Positions 12,368-25,490 of a stretch of DNA of 64,000 bases are shown one piece after another. The notes under the pieces were generated by a model. The model was not told the DNA's origin and ran no database searches. It saw only the letters and a program-made list of their open reading frames with translations. The stretch lies in assembly GCF_006345805.1 (NCBI RefSeq), contig NC_043022.1:5952001-6016000 (forward strand), written 5' to 3'. The stretch comes from Octopus sinensis (taxonomy: Eukaryota). A program made the position numbers and the translations under genes. The first letter of the stretch is position 1. Each line of letters starts with the position of its first letter.

Positions 12368-12589
12368 CAACTTAAACAAAACTAAAAAAAAAAATAACAA
12401 TAAAAAAACAAGCAAAAAAGACAATAGGATATTTTGTACTTTTCTGTTGTTTCAAAATTAATTGTATCAGTTAATATATTGATCTCTGTGTATCAGACTG
12501 CTAAGTTAATATAAAAGCGTATGATGTAAACAGCAACATGCTTTGATTTAAACACATACAGACACAGTCTCACATGCACACACATATAT

Positions 12590-12810
12590 ATTTCTTTACT
12601 ACCCACAAGGGGCTAAACACAGAGGGGACAAACAAGGACAGACAAATGGATTAAGTCGATTATATCAACCCCAGTGCATAACTGGTACTTAATTTATCGA
12701 CCCTGAAAGGATGAAAGGCAAAATCGACCTCGGTGGAATTTGAACTCAGAACGTAACGGCAGACAAAATACGGTTACGCATTTTGCACGGCCTGCTAACG
12801 TTTCTTTCAG

Positions 12811-12812
<2 letters not shown>
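12590..12812 (-). mobile_element. SINE family A
   Basis: Reverse-complement match to 4616-4847. Confidence 0.88.
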
Positions 12813-12853
<41 letters not shown>

Positions 12854-13139
12854 TGACAGAAACACATAGACACACATACATATATACATACACATGCACA
12901 CACACACACACACATACATATAAACATAGACATGCACACACCTACGCACGCATACGCACATATACATACACTCATATACTGCAAGTTCCTGCATGGTGTC
13001 TGCCCCCTAATTTTCTCTTACAAGGCATTGCATAACAGGAAGCTCTGATCAAGCCCTCCTTAACCAAAGTGTTGTTCAATGGGATTGAACCCAGAATCCT
13101 GTGATTGCCAAACAAAACCCCATCTCCCGATCTTACTCT

Positions 13140-13300
13140 TCTTATGGAGGTGTGTGGCTTAGTGGTTAGGGATGTTGGATTCATGATCGTAAGATTGTGG
13201 TTTCGATTCCTGGACCGAGCAACACATTGTGTCCTTGAGCAAGACACTTTATTTCACATTGCCCCAACCCACTCAACTGGCAAAAATGAATAATCCTGCA
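13140..13300 (+). mobile_element. tRNA-derived SINE, family D (partial)
   Basis: TGGCTTAGTGGTTAGG A-box, GTTTCGATTCC B-box, GTCCTTGAGCAAGACACTT body. Confidence 0.8.
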
Positions 13301-13431
13301 ACAGACCAACGCATCCCAACCACGAAGGAATATACACACTGTAACTACTCCTGTGTTCCTTATGGAATAGTGAGCACTAAACGTCTATCTACCTTACTAT
13401 ATATATATATACATACATACATATATATATT

Positions 13432-13831
13432 AGGCACAGGCATGGCTGTGTGGTAAGAAACTTGCTTCCTAACCACATGGTTCTGGGTTGAGCCCCACTG
13501 CATGATGTCTTGGGCAAGTGTCCTCTACTATAACCTTGGGCCAACCAGAGCCTTCTGAGTGGATTTGGCAGATGGAAACTGAAAGAAGCCTGTCATGTAT
13601 ATGTATGTGTGTATGTATATATTTGTGTGTCTGTGTTTGTCACCCCACCATTGCTTGACAACCGATGTTGGTGTGTTTACATCCCTGTAACATAGCGGTT
13701 CAGCAAAAGAAACTGACGGAATAAGTACTAGGGTTGCAAAGAATAAGTCCTGGGATCGATTTATTCGACTTAAGGCAGTGCTCCAGCATGGCCACAGTCA
13801 GATGACTGAAACAAATAAAAGAATAAAAGAA
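13432..13831 (+). mobile_element. SINE family C
   Basis: Full head, body and tail match. Confidence 0.88.
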
Positions 13832-14176
13832 TATATATATATATATATATCATCTATGTATGGCTGAGTGGTTTTGATTCCTGAATCGAGTACTGCATTG
13901 TGCTCTTGAACAAAGCACTTCATTTCACATTACTCCAGTCCACTCAGCTGGCAAAAATGAGTTAACCTGAGAGGGACTGGCATCCCATCCAGGTTGGGAA
14001 CTCATACACCTTGGAAACCAGCAAACCGGCCCTTATGAACCTAGATGACTCAGGAAGGAACTTTACTCTCTACTTTTCTTATTAGGGGTCATAAGGCCTT
14101 CACTACCCCTAACATACTTCTCTGTCTTCATCTCTCTCTCTCCTTCCTTCTCTTCTACTTCTCTCCTCTTAGATCT

Positions 14177-14354
14177 CGGAAACATTTTTTCACGCTCAGA
14201 GTTGCTGAAGCATGGAATAAACTGCCTGCATCAGTTGTTGACTGCCATGACACTGCATCCTTTAAGGCCCTCATGCTTTCCGAAATCCGCCGAAACTACA
14301 CCTGATTATATATACACTTTAGATGAGTTGTAGTGCACCTGAGCACTGTACACA

Positions 14355-14412
<58 letters not shown>
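14177..14412 (+). mobile_element. 5'-truncated CR1/L2-type LINE 3' end
   Basis: RKHFFTLRVAEAWNKLPASVVDCHDTASFKALMLSEIRRNYT* then 3' UTR and (ATT)n tail; nearly identical to 5935-6170. Confidence 0.85.
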
Positions 14413-14414
<2 letters not shown>

Positions 14415-15519
14415 GACATATCCATCATTAACATAGATATTCAGGGATGGCAGAGAGGGGGTTCTTTTTTTTTTATATTTTACTATTGTGGTTTAAAAAA
14501 AAAATCTTTTTTATTGTTTCTTTTCTTTTGTTGTTGTTTTTCTATTATTTGAAAATAAAAGAGAAAACCAGAAATGGTGAGAGAAGATAAATATAAACAG
14601 GAATAAAAGGCTTCTTGTTGCTACGATATTATTTCCTGAAAATGGTCATCACGTTGAGATTGCTTCTTTTGTAATTGACGTTTTCATTGTTGCCCTTTTG
14701 TTTACTTTCAACAACAACAACAACAACAATAAAAAGACGAAAAACCTCAGTGGAAATACAATTTTTACAGGAATTTCCTTGACCAAGATTCCCCCCCCCT
14801 CACCTCTTATTCAATTTCTTAATGGAATTAGAAGTCGCGAGGTGAGTTTCTCAGAGAAGGGCCTTCCTTCAAGCAGACAACATTAATTCATACATTCCCA
14901 CACGCGCATTAATTCTCACACATTAACTCATACACACACACACACACACACACACATGTATGATTACTTCCTCATTTTGAATGAAACAAGCCACAGTTTA
15001 TATTTAGCCATGAGAATATGTCTTGCTTAAACAATGCTTATGTTTTTCGCTGTGTGCCAGATATTCTGGAGGCTGGGGAAGCAGCTCTACTTAGAGTACA
15101 ACCAAAATCCTCACCACTTAAAACACAGATTGGCAACAAATTCCACAAGAGACATCAACATACTTCTCCTCGCACTCTCACTCACTTCCCCCCCATCTCT
15201 CTCTCTCTCTCTTTCTCCCTCTCTCTCTCTCTCTCTCTCTGCCCTTACTGTTTCTCTCGGATGATCTAAATTGTTTAGTTACCCCTGACCCTTTCCTGCT
15301 GCCATTTCCCCTTCTCCCTTCTAGATTTGGTTTTATACTCCCTGTACTCCTGACTCCTGTTATACTCCCAGATGCTTCTCTCTAGACGCTCTTTCTTTCT
15401 TTCTCTATTGCTACCAGACTTCCTATATTACTGCCATACTACAGTCATACACACACTCTCTCTCTCTCTCTCTCTCTCTCTCCTTCTAGACCATACACCT
15501 GGTACTGCAGCTGTACACA

Positions 15520-15870
15520 CTGCACTGCTTACACACACACACACACACTGCAATGATTCTACACACATGTATATACACCCACCCACACACAAACACACAC
15601 ACCATTATTACTACTGCTATTATACATCCTGCTCTGATTCTACACACACACACACACACACTGCATTGATTCTATACACATATATATACACACACTACTG
15701 TTATTATACATCCTGCTCTAATTCTACATACATACACACACACACTATTCTGATTATACACCCTGCACTGTTTCCTACCTACACATACACACTGCCATTA
15801 CTATACACCCTCTGCTTATTCTACTCACACACACACACACACCCTGCGGCTATTATTATACATCCTGCAC
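15520..15870. repeat. Degenerate CA-rich minisatellite (TTATACATCCTGC/TTCTACAC units)
   Basis: Recurring ATTATACAYCCTGC and ATTCTAYACAC motifs. Confidence 0.6.
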
Positions 15871-16613
15871 TCATTCTATACACTCTCTCTCTCTCTCTCT
15901 CTCTCTCTGCTACTGTTGCTGCATTCTCTCTACAGCTGTGACAAACCACCCCCCCACCCCCTGCCACACATCTTCCCCTACCCCACCCCACCTCCCACAC
16001 CACATCATTCTCAATATTACAACTGTTTCCTCTTCACTGTCTGACCCCCCCCCCCCCCACCACCATTCTCCGTTTATTACCAAAAACCTTACAAAATAAT
16101 CTCTCCTCGCAACTAATTCAGCACATTTGTGTCATGGAGGCTTTCGAAAGGTCTTTTGTTCTGAACATATACACACACATCGGGGACAACTAGGTTACGC
16201 TCGGAGAGCGTGGTCACAGCTGAATGGCTGGGGACCAGTAAAAAAAAAAAAAAAGGGGGGTAGAAAATATGGTGTGGAATATAGGGCCCACTGTGTGTGA
16301 GAAGGAGGGAGAGAAAGAGGAGGGCGAGTCTATGTGCACGTGCTAGTTTCAAGGGAGAATTACTGGAACTATTTCCTAATTTCATTAGTGGTGGACACGT
16401 GCTGTGTACCTGTGGGAGACGTATGAAATGATAATAGCAGTGCTCCAGCATGGCTGTTGTCAACTAGCTGAAACCAGTGGAAGACTAGATGTCAACGGTA
16501 TATACATAAGTACAGATGTATGTATTTGATTTTGATTTTTCCAGTTTCAGCTCATGAGCTGTGGCCATGCTGGGGCACCGCCATTTATGCGTATATATAT
16601 ATATAATGTATGC

Positions 16614-16658
<45 letters not shown>

Positions 16659-16694
16659 GAATGTGTATATATATATAGAGAGAGAGAACACTCT

Positions 16695-16860
16695 ATTAGT
16701 TACGATGACAGGAGTTCCAGTTGATCCGATCAATGGAAGAGCCTGCTTGTGAAGTTAATGAGCAAGTGGCTGAGTACTCCACAGATGCACATACCCTTAA
16801 TGTAGTTCTCAGGGAGACACAGAATGTGACAAGGCTAGCCCCCTTTGAATAACAGGTATT
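16695..16860 (-). mobile_element. 3' half of SINE family G
   Basis: Reverse-complement match to 51270-51440. Confidence 0.75.
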
Positions 16861-17087
16861 ACTCATTTTTGCCAGCTGAGTGGACTGGAGCAATACAGTG
16901 AAATAAAGTATCTTGCTCAAGGATCCAGTGCATGCTGCTGGGAATTGAACTCACAACAACTGAAGCAAGTAAAAGAATAAGAGAATATATATATATGTGT
17001 GTGTGTGTATGCTTGTATATGTAATATACATATACATATACATATACATACATATATTATATATATATTATATAATATATATATATA

Positions 17088-18169
17088 TATCCGTATAATG
17101 AAGGGTGAAATTAATTAATTTGGAATAATTATCAATTACACCAAGTAGTCTTCGGCATGTAAAAGCCTCATTCGAGGAAATTCAAGTAATACTAAGCAAT
17201 AAAGGGTTTACAACGAATTGCCTTACCACATACCGAATTTAAGAAATAGCAGTCAAAGAGTTATAGCTATTTCTTCTACTAAAAAGGGGGGGGGGGGAAG
17301 TTTCGGTAAGATGAATTATTTAATATTTAATATTTATTCTTATGCTTTCCTAAAAACTTGATTTCGAAACGTACGTCCGTAGATAACTTAAAAATGTATG
17401 ATAGATTGCCGTCAATTCATTCTCTCTTACCTGTTTGTGTCTGCCTTCCAATTGCTGTTTTTACTGAGATCCCCCCCCTTTTAGTAGAAGAAATAGCTAT
17501 ACTCTTTGACTGCTATTTCTAAATTCGGTATGTTGTAAGGCAATTCGTTGCTAAACCCTTTATTGCTTAGTATTACTTGAATTTTCCTCGAATGAGGCTT
17601 TTACATGCCGAAGACTACTTGGTGTAATTGATAATTATTCCAAATTAATTAATTTCACCCTTCATTATTACGGATAACCATATTTTATCTCAGTAGATGA
17701 CCACAGCATCTTGTTTTGGCTACACGCGGGTGGGAAGGGGCTGGTGACACAATCGTTTCATTCACACATTGAATTTGGTGATACTGGTTGCGGATTCTGG
17801 CTCGCTCTGATACTGAGTTGAGTTGGTGCCTTCTAGTATCTCAAAATTTAATATATAATCATTTATGATTATAGTATTCTACGCTGAAGAGAAAGGAAGT
17901 TTCGGTAAGATAGAATTATTTAATATTTATATTTAATTCTTATGCTTTCCTAAAAACTTGATTTCGAAACGTACGTCCGTAGATAACTTAAAAATGTATG
18001 ATAGATTGCCGTCAATTCATTCTCTCTTACCTGTTTGTGTCTGCCTTCCAATTGCTGTTTTTACTGAGATCTCCCCCTTTTTAGTAGAAGAAATAGCTAT
18101 AACTCTTGACTGCTATTTCTAAATTCGGTATGTGGTAAGGCAATTCGTTGCTAAACCCTTTATTGCTTA

Positions 18170-18172
<3 letters not shown>
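17088..18172 (+). mobile_element. Non-coding Penelope-like/retrozyme-like element: inverted arm plus about 1.5 tandem copies of a 600-bp unit
   Basis: 17088-17293 inverted vs 17471-17676; 17298-17572 direct repeat of 17897-18172; hammerhead core; (TA)n on both sides; no ORF of 60 aa or more in the track. Confidence 0.75.
17878..17983 (+). ncRNA. Type I hammerhead ribozyme (predicted, core intact)
   Basis: Stem I TCTACG/CGTAGA; CTGAAGA 17884-17890; stem II GAAA/TTTC with long extension; GAAAC 17966-17970; palindromic stem III ACGTACGT; GTC cleavage triplet 17975-17977. Confidence 0.8.
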
Positions 18173-18204
<32 letters not shown>

Positions 18205-18782
18205 TTCAGCAAAAATTTAGATTCAAATTCAAATGAATATGGTACTTAATTTAGATGCACCAGAATTCTGTATGGTGTTATCCATAAAAATCCGTGGGGT
18301 GACTATAATCAAAATAAGCAACAAGAATGACTCCGGTAATTTAGTACGATCATTTCGTACTACATCATTTTATTAAATGTTGTAAGTATTACAACAGTTT
18401 TCAAATGCTGAGCACTCATCAGCCAATTATAGAGGTTTTCCATTAATACAAAAATTTTCAAATCAAGTGGCAACATTATAGAGAAGGTAGATACATAGAC
18501 AAAGATGTGGATTTAAATGTTAAGAACACATGAGGTAGTAGAGTCCCTCTACTGACTACATATATATATATGTATGTATGCATATAATGTGTGTGTGCGT
18601 GATGAAATGGACTCCAAGAAGCTGATGTCAGTCTGCATTTGTAAGACTTCAATATTATGTAGTAAAAACGGTAAAAGAAAGCAGAATGCAGTTGCCAAAA
18701 CATCATTTCTACTGCTCACAGCATTTTTTTTTCGTCGATCTTGCTACCCCCAGAAACACATTGTATATATATATATATAATA

Positions 18783-19145
18783 TATGAGGTGGTATCAAAA
18801 GGTTTCCAGACTTGTTTATGTTTAATAAAAAACAACTTATTTGCCTGAGTTTTAACCTCATCTCCTTCAAAAATAGTCACCTTGCTCAGCACTACACCAG
18901 TCCCAACATTCCAGCCATTTTGGAGTCTGGCCTGGAAGTCGTTTCCCATTATCAAGTCAAGGATCTTCTACTATTTGCTCTGAATCTCGACAATGATACC
19001 AAAACGGTGACCTCTGAGTTGCATTTTCCTCTTGGGGAGGAGATGGAAGTCCACAGGTGCTAAATCTGGTGAATAGGGCAGGTGTGGGAGCGATACCAGG
19101 TTGTTTTTGGTGAGAAACTCAGAGTGAGGAGAGCTTGGTGAAGAA
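18783..19145 (-). mobile_element. Mariner transposase pseudogene, 3' fragment with terminal repeat
   Basis: Minus frame LPHLPYSPDLAPVDFHLLPKRKMQLRGHRF (YSPDLAPxD motif at 19055-19075); stops downstream; ends in TA plus TIR TGAGGTGGTATCAAAAGGTTTCCAGAC. Confidence 0.9.
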
Positions 19146-19267
19146 CCCAATTCTTCTGGAACTGCAACAGTATTCAACCCTTTTAATACCAACCCACCTG
19201 ATCCTGTCCTTGGTCTTATAATATGAACTTCGTGCTTTAAAATGATCTCAATTAAAATCCTCCAGCA

Positions 19268-19465
19268 ACATCATCATCATCATCATCATCATCGTTTAAC
19301 GTCCGTTCTCCATGCTAGCATGGGTTGGACGGTTCGACCGGGGATCTGGGAAGCCAGAAGGCTGCACCAGGCTCCAGTCTGATCTGGCAGTGTTTCTACA
19401 GCTGGATGCCCTTCTTAACACCAACCACTCCGTGAGTGTAGTGGGTGCTTTTTACGTGCCACCTG
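19268..19465 (-). mobile_element. Family B SINE/LINE 3' end
   Basis: Match to family B core and tail. Confidence 0.85.
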
Positions 19466-19662
19466 CACATCTCATGTTAATTTATGCTTTAAAAATCAGT
19501 TTATTAACGACAGCGTTATTTTACTAAATTGTTCGTTAGTTTCAAATTTAATTGGAACAAAAGCAGGATGTGTTTCAATAGAAATATGGTAAGAAATAGG
19601 TTGACTAAAATAGGGTTTAATAAAAAGGGAGAGAGAGAGCAGAAGAGATGATGATGATGATG

Positions 19663-19693
<31 letters not shown>

Positions 19694-19865
19694 AATGATG
19701 ATGGTGGTGGTGGTGGTGGTGATGTGTGGATTGATTCACTGAAATGTAATACCTGGCTATGGATTATACGGGGAGCAGTTTAATCAGACTGGATAATCTA
19801 AAGCAAACAGGACATACACTTCATACGCTTCTCTGATGCAGCTGCACTGGAGTGTGTATAAATAA

Positions 19866-19902
<37 letters not shown>

Positions 19903-19964
19903 AATGTATAGTATGTCTTGTGTGTACAGTTAGATGTATGACTGCTTCTGTTCAGTTCAGAGCT

Positions 19965-20014
<50 letters not shown>

Positions 20015-20613
20015 GACATGTATGCGTGTTGCACCCAAATAGTTTGGTATATCTGACATATTGAAGTGATTTAGTCCTATTTCAAGTTGTAAAATATATA
20101 TGTGTGTGTGTGTGTATAGATATATATATATATATACATATATATATATTCCTCTGACAGTGAATATGGCTGCAAAAGGTCTGAAATCTGAGTAACAGGA
20201 AATAATTGTGTAGATATGTAAGAGATCTTCTGGGGAGGTTCTGTGTCTCCCTTTTTTTTTTTTTTATGAAATAAAACTGTTTTATATAGAGACATGCACA
20301 CACGTAGATATATAAATGTGTGTGTGTGTGTAATGTGTAATATCTGTGGCTGTTAACCCTTTAACAGCCCTTGTTAATAAAGGGTTACACATCAAATGCT
20401 AGAATCTTATAGGGATAAACTGACAAAGTTTAATGGACGGATGAGTTTGAAAGATTCTTTACATCTGCACAGCATTATTACTGGGAAGTGTAATTATCAT
20501 ATTTAGTGGTCATTAGATATATAAAACACACACACATATATATATACATTATATATAAAACACACATATATATATACATTATATATAAAACACACACATA
20601 TATATATACATTA

Positions 20614-20842
20614 GGCGGCGTGCTGGCAGAAGCGTTAACACGCCGAGCGAAATGCGTAGCCGTATTTCGTCTGCCGTTACGTTCTGAGTTCAAATTCCAC
20701 CGAGGTCGACTTTGCCTTTCATCCTTTCGGGGTCGATAAATTAAGTACCAGTTAAGCACTGGGGTCGATGTAATTGTCTTAATCCGTTTGTCTGTCCTTG
20801 TTTGTCCTCTCTGTGTTTAGCCCCTTGTGGGTAATAAAGAAA
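20614..20842 (+). mobile_element. SINE family A
   Basis: Full-length match to 4616-4847. Confidence 0.9.
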
Positions 20843-21202
20843 CACATATATATATATATACTATAATATATACATGTGTATATGGTGTGTTATGAGAATT
20901 TATGGAGAGGTATCCCATAGAAACTCAACAAATTTGTTAAAAATGGAGAAGAGAAGATGTTAAAATTTGAAAGAATTTTAATACATGCATACAATCGTTT
21001 CGAACTGCAATATTAACATGTAAATAACATGGCAGAATAATTAAAATTAATTTGATTGAATTAAATTAATTACATCTCACTATTCTCTTGAGTGCAAAAA
21101 GTATACAACAGGAATTATTATTATTATTATTATTATTATTATTTATTATTATTATTATTATTATTATCATTATTATTATTATTATATGTATTTACGTATG
21201 TA

Positions 21203-21540
21203 TAGGTGTATGGCTCAGTGGTGAGTGTGTTGGGCTCACATTCATTAGGTAGTGAGTTCAATTCATGGACCAGGCTGTGTGTTGTGTTCTTGAGCAAGAC
21301 ATTTTATTTCACGTCGCTCCAGTTCACTCAGCTGTGGAAATGAGTTGTGATGTAACTGGTGCCAAGCTGTATTGGCCCCTTTGCCTTTCCCTTGGATAGC
21401 ATCAATGGCATGATGAGGGGAGGCTGGTATGCATGGGTGACTGCTGGTCTTCCATAAACAACCTTGCCTGGACTTGTGCCTCGGAAGGGAACTTTCTAGG
21501 CACAATTGCATGGTCATTCGTGACCAGAGGGAGTCTTTAC
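21203..21540 (+). mobile_element. SINE family D
   Basis: TGGCTCAGTGG A-box, GAGTTCAATTC B-box, body matches 48222-48557. Confidence 0.85.
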
Positions 21541-21954
21541 TCTTTTATATGTACACACACACATATGCACACATGATTGTACTGGACAGTGAGAATAGGG
21601 CACTCAACACTTCCTTTGTTGTCCCCTATTTTACCAAGAGGGATCTGCCAGTTTCTACTCTGTGTTTTCTGTCTCTGCCCTTTAGGTCACATCTTATTGT
21701 TTTGATGGCTTCTACCAGACATCGTTGGCTCACGCTGTCAGTGGAATAACCATTCTCTGATTGTGAACATGTCATTTACTGCTTAGACACCATGCTGACA
21801 CCTAGTGGTGTTCTCAACGTGTTCCACCATACAACAAAAAATATTGGGACCTACAAATTCCTTTTGTATTTCCTCATCCTTGTGGCTGACACAGATCCCT
21901 TTTTATTCCTTCAAACTCTCATTGTCACCCTGGCAAAAATAATCTGATGTCTCT

Positions 21955-22190
21955 GGCATGTCTAAACAAAACATGTTTTAAATCGACTTATACATCATAA
22001 ACCTAATAATACATCATAAAGTTATTACATTTATAAAGTTATTGCATTATAGGGTTATTACATTTAGATTATATTAAAGAATCATTACATGATAGAGTTA
22101 TTACAGTTATAGTGTTATTGCATTTATAGAGTTATTACATTATAGTTATTACATTTAGAGTTATTACATTTAGAGTTATTACATTATAAA
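21955..22190. repeat. Degenerate minisatellite, about 14-18 bp (AGTTATTACATTTA(TA)G)
   Basis: At least 9 recurrences of GTTATTRCAT. Confidence 0.75.
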
Positions 22191-22218
22191 GAACTAATAA
22201 TGAACATCATTAACTCAG

Positions 22219-22623
22219 TAGGCGCAGGAGTGGCTGTGTGGTAAGTAGCTTGCTAACCAACCAATGGTTCCGGGTTCGTCACACACTGCGTGGCATCTTG
22301 GGCAAGTGTCTTCTACTATAGCCCCGGCTGACCAATGCCTTGTGAGTGGATTTGGTAGACGGAAACTGAAAGAAGCCTGTCGTATATATGTATATATATA
22401 AGTGTGTATGTATATGTTTCTGTGTCTGTGTCTGTCCCCGTTAGCATTGCTGACAACCGATGCTGGTGGGTTTACGTCCTGTCCACTTAGCGGTTTGGCA
22501 AAAGAGACCGATAGAATAAGTACTGGGCTTACAAAGAATAAGTCCCGGGGTCGATTTGCTCGACTAAAGGCGGTGCTCCAGCATGGCTGCAGTCAAATGA
22601 CTGAAACAAGTAAGAGAGTAAAG
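22219..22623 (+). mobile_element. SINE family C
   Basis: Full head, body and tail match. Confidence 0.9.
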
Positions 22624-23775
22624 TATATTTTGATATTGCCATTCTCTCACTTCTAAGACAATTTGAGGGTGGAGTGGAGAAGTTATAAACTGTAAGGATA
22701 ACATGTGGACCTCTCAAATGCAAGATTGCAATTTTGGCCTTGGTTGTCCCCTATTCAGTTCCACATAGTTCTGACTATATGAATCATCTGCTGGTAATTA
22801 GGGAATGCTGAAAATTAACAAAAATATGCTACAGAACATATGAATAAATTTACTCTGTATCATAAAGTTTATATAAATAGTACATGTATGTGCGTGTGTG
22901 TGTATGTATATATAAATATATATGCATATATAAAGAGAGAGGGAGGGAGGAACATATGTATATATATGATTCTATATAAACAAAATATATTAACAAAATA
23001 CAGATACTAAACCATTATTTTTTTTCCCTCTGATATATTAATTGCTAAATCTATACCATCAGCTGATTTGTTTTTGTAAATGATGCATATAAAAATAGTG
23101 TGTGAGAACCTGTGTAATTCTAGCCCCCAAATAAAGGTAAATGAAGACCAGCTACTGTTGATTCCTGGTTTGCATTTCTTAAACCCTTCTTTCCTGTATT
23201 TTCTCTGTGGTGTTGGGGTGTAAAGCTCTGCAACTGTTCTACAGAACAGTCAAAGAGATATTGGTTGGCAGATTCTGTGTTAAAGAAATATATTTTTGTT
23301 TGTACGTGTATCTCATTTACAGGAATGAAAACTGCTTCTACTGATGGTATATAAATATATACATTTATACATACATATAAAACGAACTCATATGTGTGTA
23401 CTTTATATATATGTACACAGACACGTATATATGTACACACTCACACACACACATATAGGTATACATAAACACGTGTATATATATATCTGTGTGTGTATAT
23501 GTTTTCACATGTTTATACATACACATGTACACACACACACATACATATGACATTGCTCTAAAAAACAAAGTTGATACAGTGGAATTGGCAATATGCGTAA
23601 CTAAGTCTCAATTTGGTGTGTTTATACCAGTCACCTCTCTCACCTTGCTTCTTTCACTCTAAACACAATTACATCCATATATACACACACGTAAACACAC
23701 ACTTACTGATGAACATGATTGCGTAAAACCTTAGTAGTAATCCATCATGGCTGAAATCCAATAAGCCTGTAAAAA

Positions 23776-23825
<50 letters not shown>

Positions 23826-24282
23826 CGAGGAGAGAGAGACAGACAGACAGGTATACAGTCAGACTGACAGAGGTAGAGAAAAGTACCAAAACACTATCTT
23901 TAAGATAGAATGTTAGCACTTAGTATAAATCTAAGTTAAATTGCATCTTTCTTGTGTGTTATGGAATTGTCTCTAAAATACACTATGTTGCAGTATTTTT
24001 ATGATGGTGTATACGTGTGTCTGAGTCTCATGTCTTGGTGTGTATGTGTGTGTCTTGCTTTGCATAGAATGGTAACCATTATCTCAGAGATCCAAAAATG
24101 AATTCATCCAAAGATATATAGTTAGACCAGTCTACACAACACATCTTCCACTGGATGGTCATACTGGATTGTTATAGTTTTCTTCTCTCACTGCTCAGCT
24201 TCATTATATTTCCAAAAACAGATCAAAATCCAGAATTGGAATAAACCTTGAAAGTAGTTTGTGCTGGTAATATTGGTAATAA

Positions 24283-24550
24283 ATGTTCAAATTCTGCCGA
24301 GGTCGACTTTGCCTTTCATCCTTTCGGGGTCGATAAATTAAGTACCAGTTACGCACTGGGGTTGATGTAATCGGCTTAATCCGTTTGTCAATCCTTGTTT
24401 GTCCCCTCTGTGTTTAGCCCCTTGTGGGTAGTAATGAAATAGGTATTTCATCTGTCATTATGTTCTAAGTTCAAATTCTGCTTAGGTCGACTTTGCCTTT
24501 CATCCTTTCAGGGTTGATAAATTAAGTACCAGTTGCATACTGGTACTTAA
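24283..24550 (+). mobile_element. Two adjacent partial SINE family A copies
   Basis: GTTCAAATTCTG...GGTCGACTTTGCCTTTCATCC occurs twice. Confidence 0.8.
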
Positions 24551-24846
24551 CCCCACCACCACCACCACCACCAAAAAAAATTTGGAGCCTTGTGCCTAGA
24601 GAAGAAAAGAATATTGGTAATAAATAATGGAAGAGGAAATATGATAGTCTTAAATAAACGTAGTTATGATGGCAAAAAGAAGAAGGTCCAACATTTGTGT
24701 ATAACTTCCACTTATGACCCAATGTATTAAAGTTGTGACTATCCAGGGTCAGTTTTATAAAGTATGATACCCTGATATTACAAACTGGGTACTTTTTATG
24801 AAATTATAGACCATGGTTTGAGGAAAGTGTATGTGCTATTTTTAGT

Positions 24847-25490
24847 AGCAGGCATAGCTGTGTGGTAAGAAGCTTGCTTCCCAACCACATGGTTCCGGGT
24901 TCAGTCCCACTGCATGACACCTTGAACAAGTGTCTTCAAAGCTTTGTGAGTGAGTTTCATTGATGGAAACTGAAAGAAGCCCATCATGTCATCATCATCA
25001 TCATCATCATTTAATGTCCATTGTCCATGCTAGCAAGGGTTGGCTGGTTTGACCAGGGCTGGTAAGCTGGAAGGCTGCACCAGACTCCAGTCTGCTTTGG
25101 CATGGTTTTCTATGGCTGGATGCTCTTCCTGATGCCAACCACTCCACAGAGTGTAATGAGTGCTTTTACATGCCATCAGCAGGAGTGCTATCTGCGTGAC
25201 ACCGGGTTGCTTTTATGTGCCACTGGCACAGGTGCCAATTTACATATATATATGTATATATTTATGTGTGTTTGTTGTGTCTGTGTGTCTCCTCCACCAT
25301 CACTTGACAACTGATGTTGGTGTATTTATGTCACTGTAACTTAGCAGTTTGGCAAAAGAGACCAACAGAATAACTACTAGGCTTACAAAGAATAAGCCCG
25401 GGGTGGGGGGGGCGATTTCTTTGACTAAAGCCCTTTAAGGCAGTGTTCCAGTATGGCCGCAGTCAAATGACTGAAAACAAGTGAAAGAAC
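24847..25490 (+). mobile_element. SINE family C interrupted by a family B copy (24985-25250, minus)
   Basis: Family C head 24847-24985 and tail 25300-25490 flank family B sequence. Confidence 0.75.
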
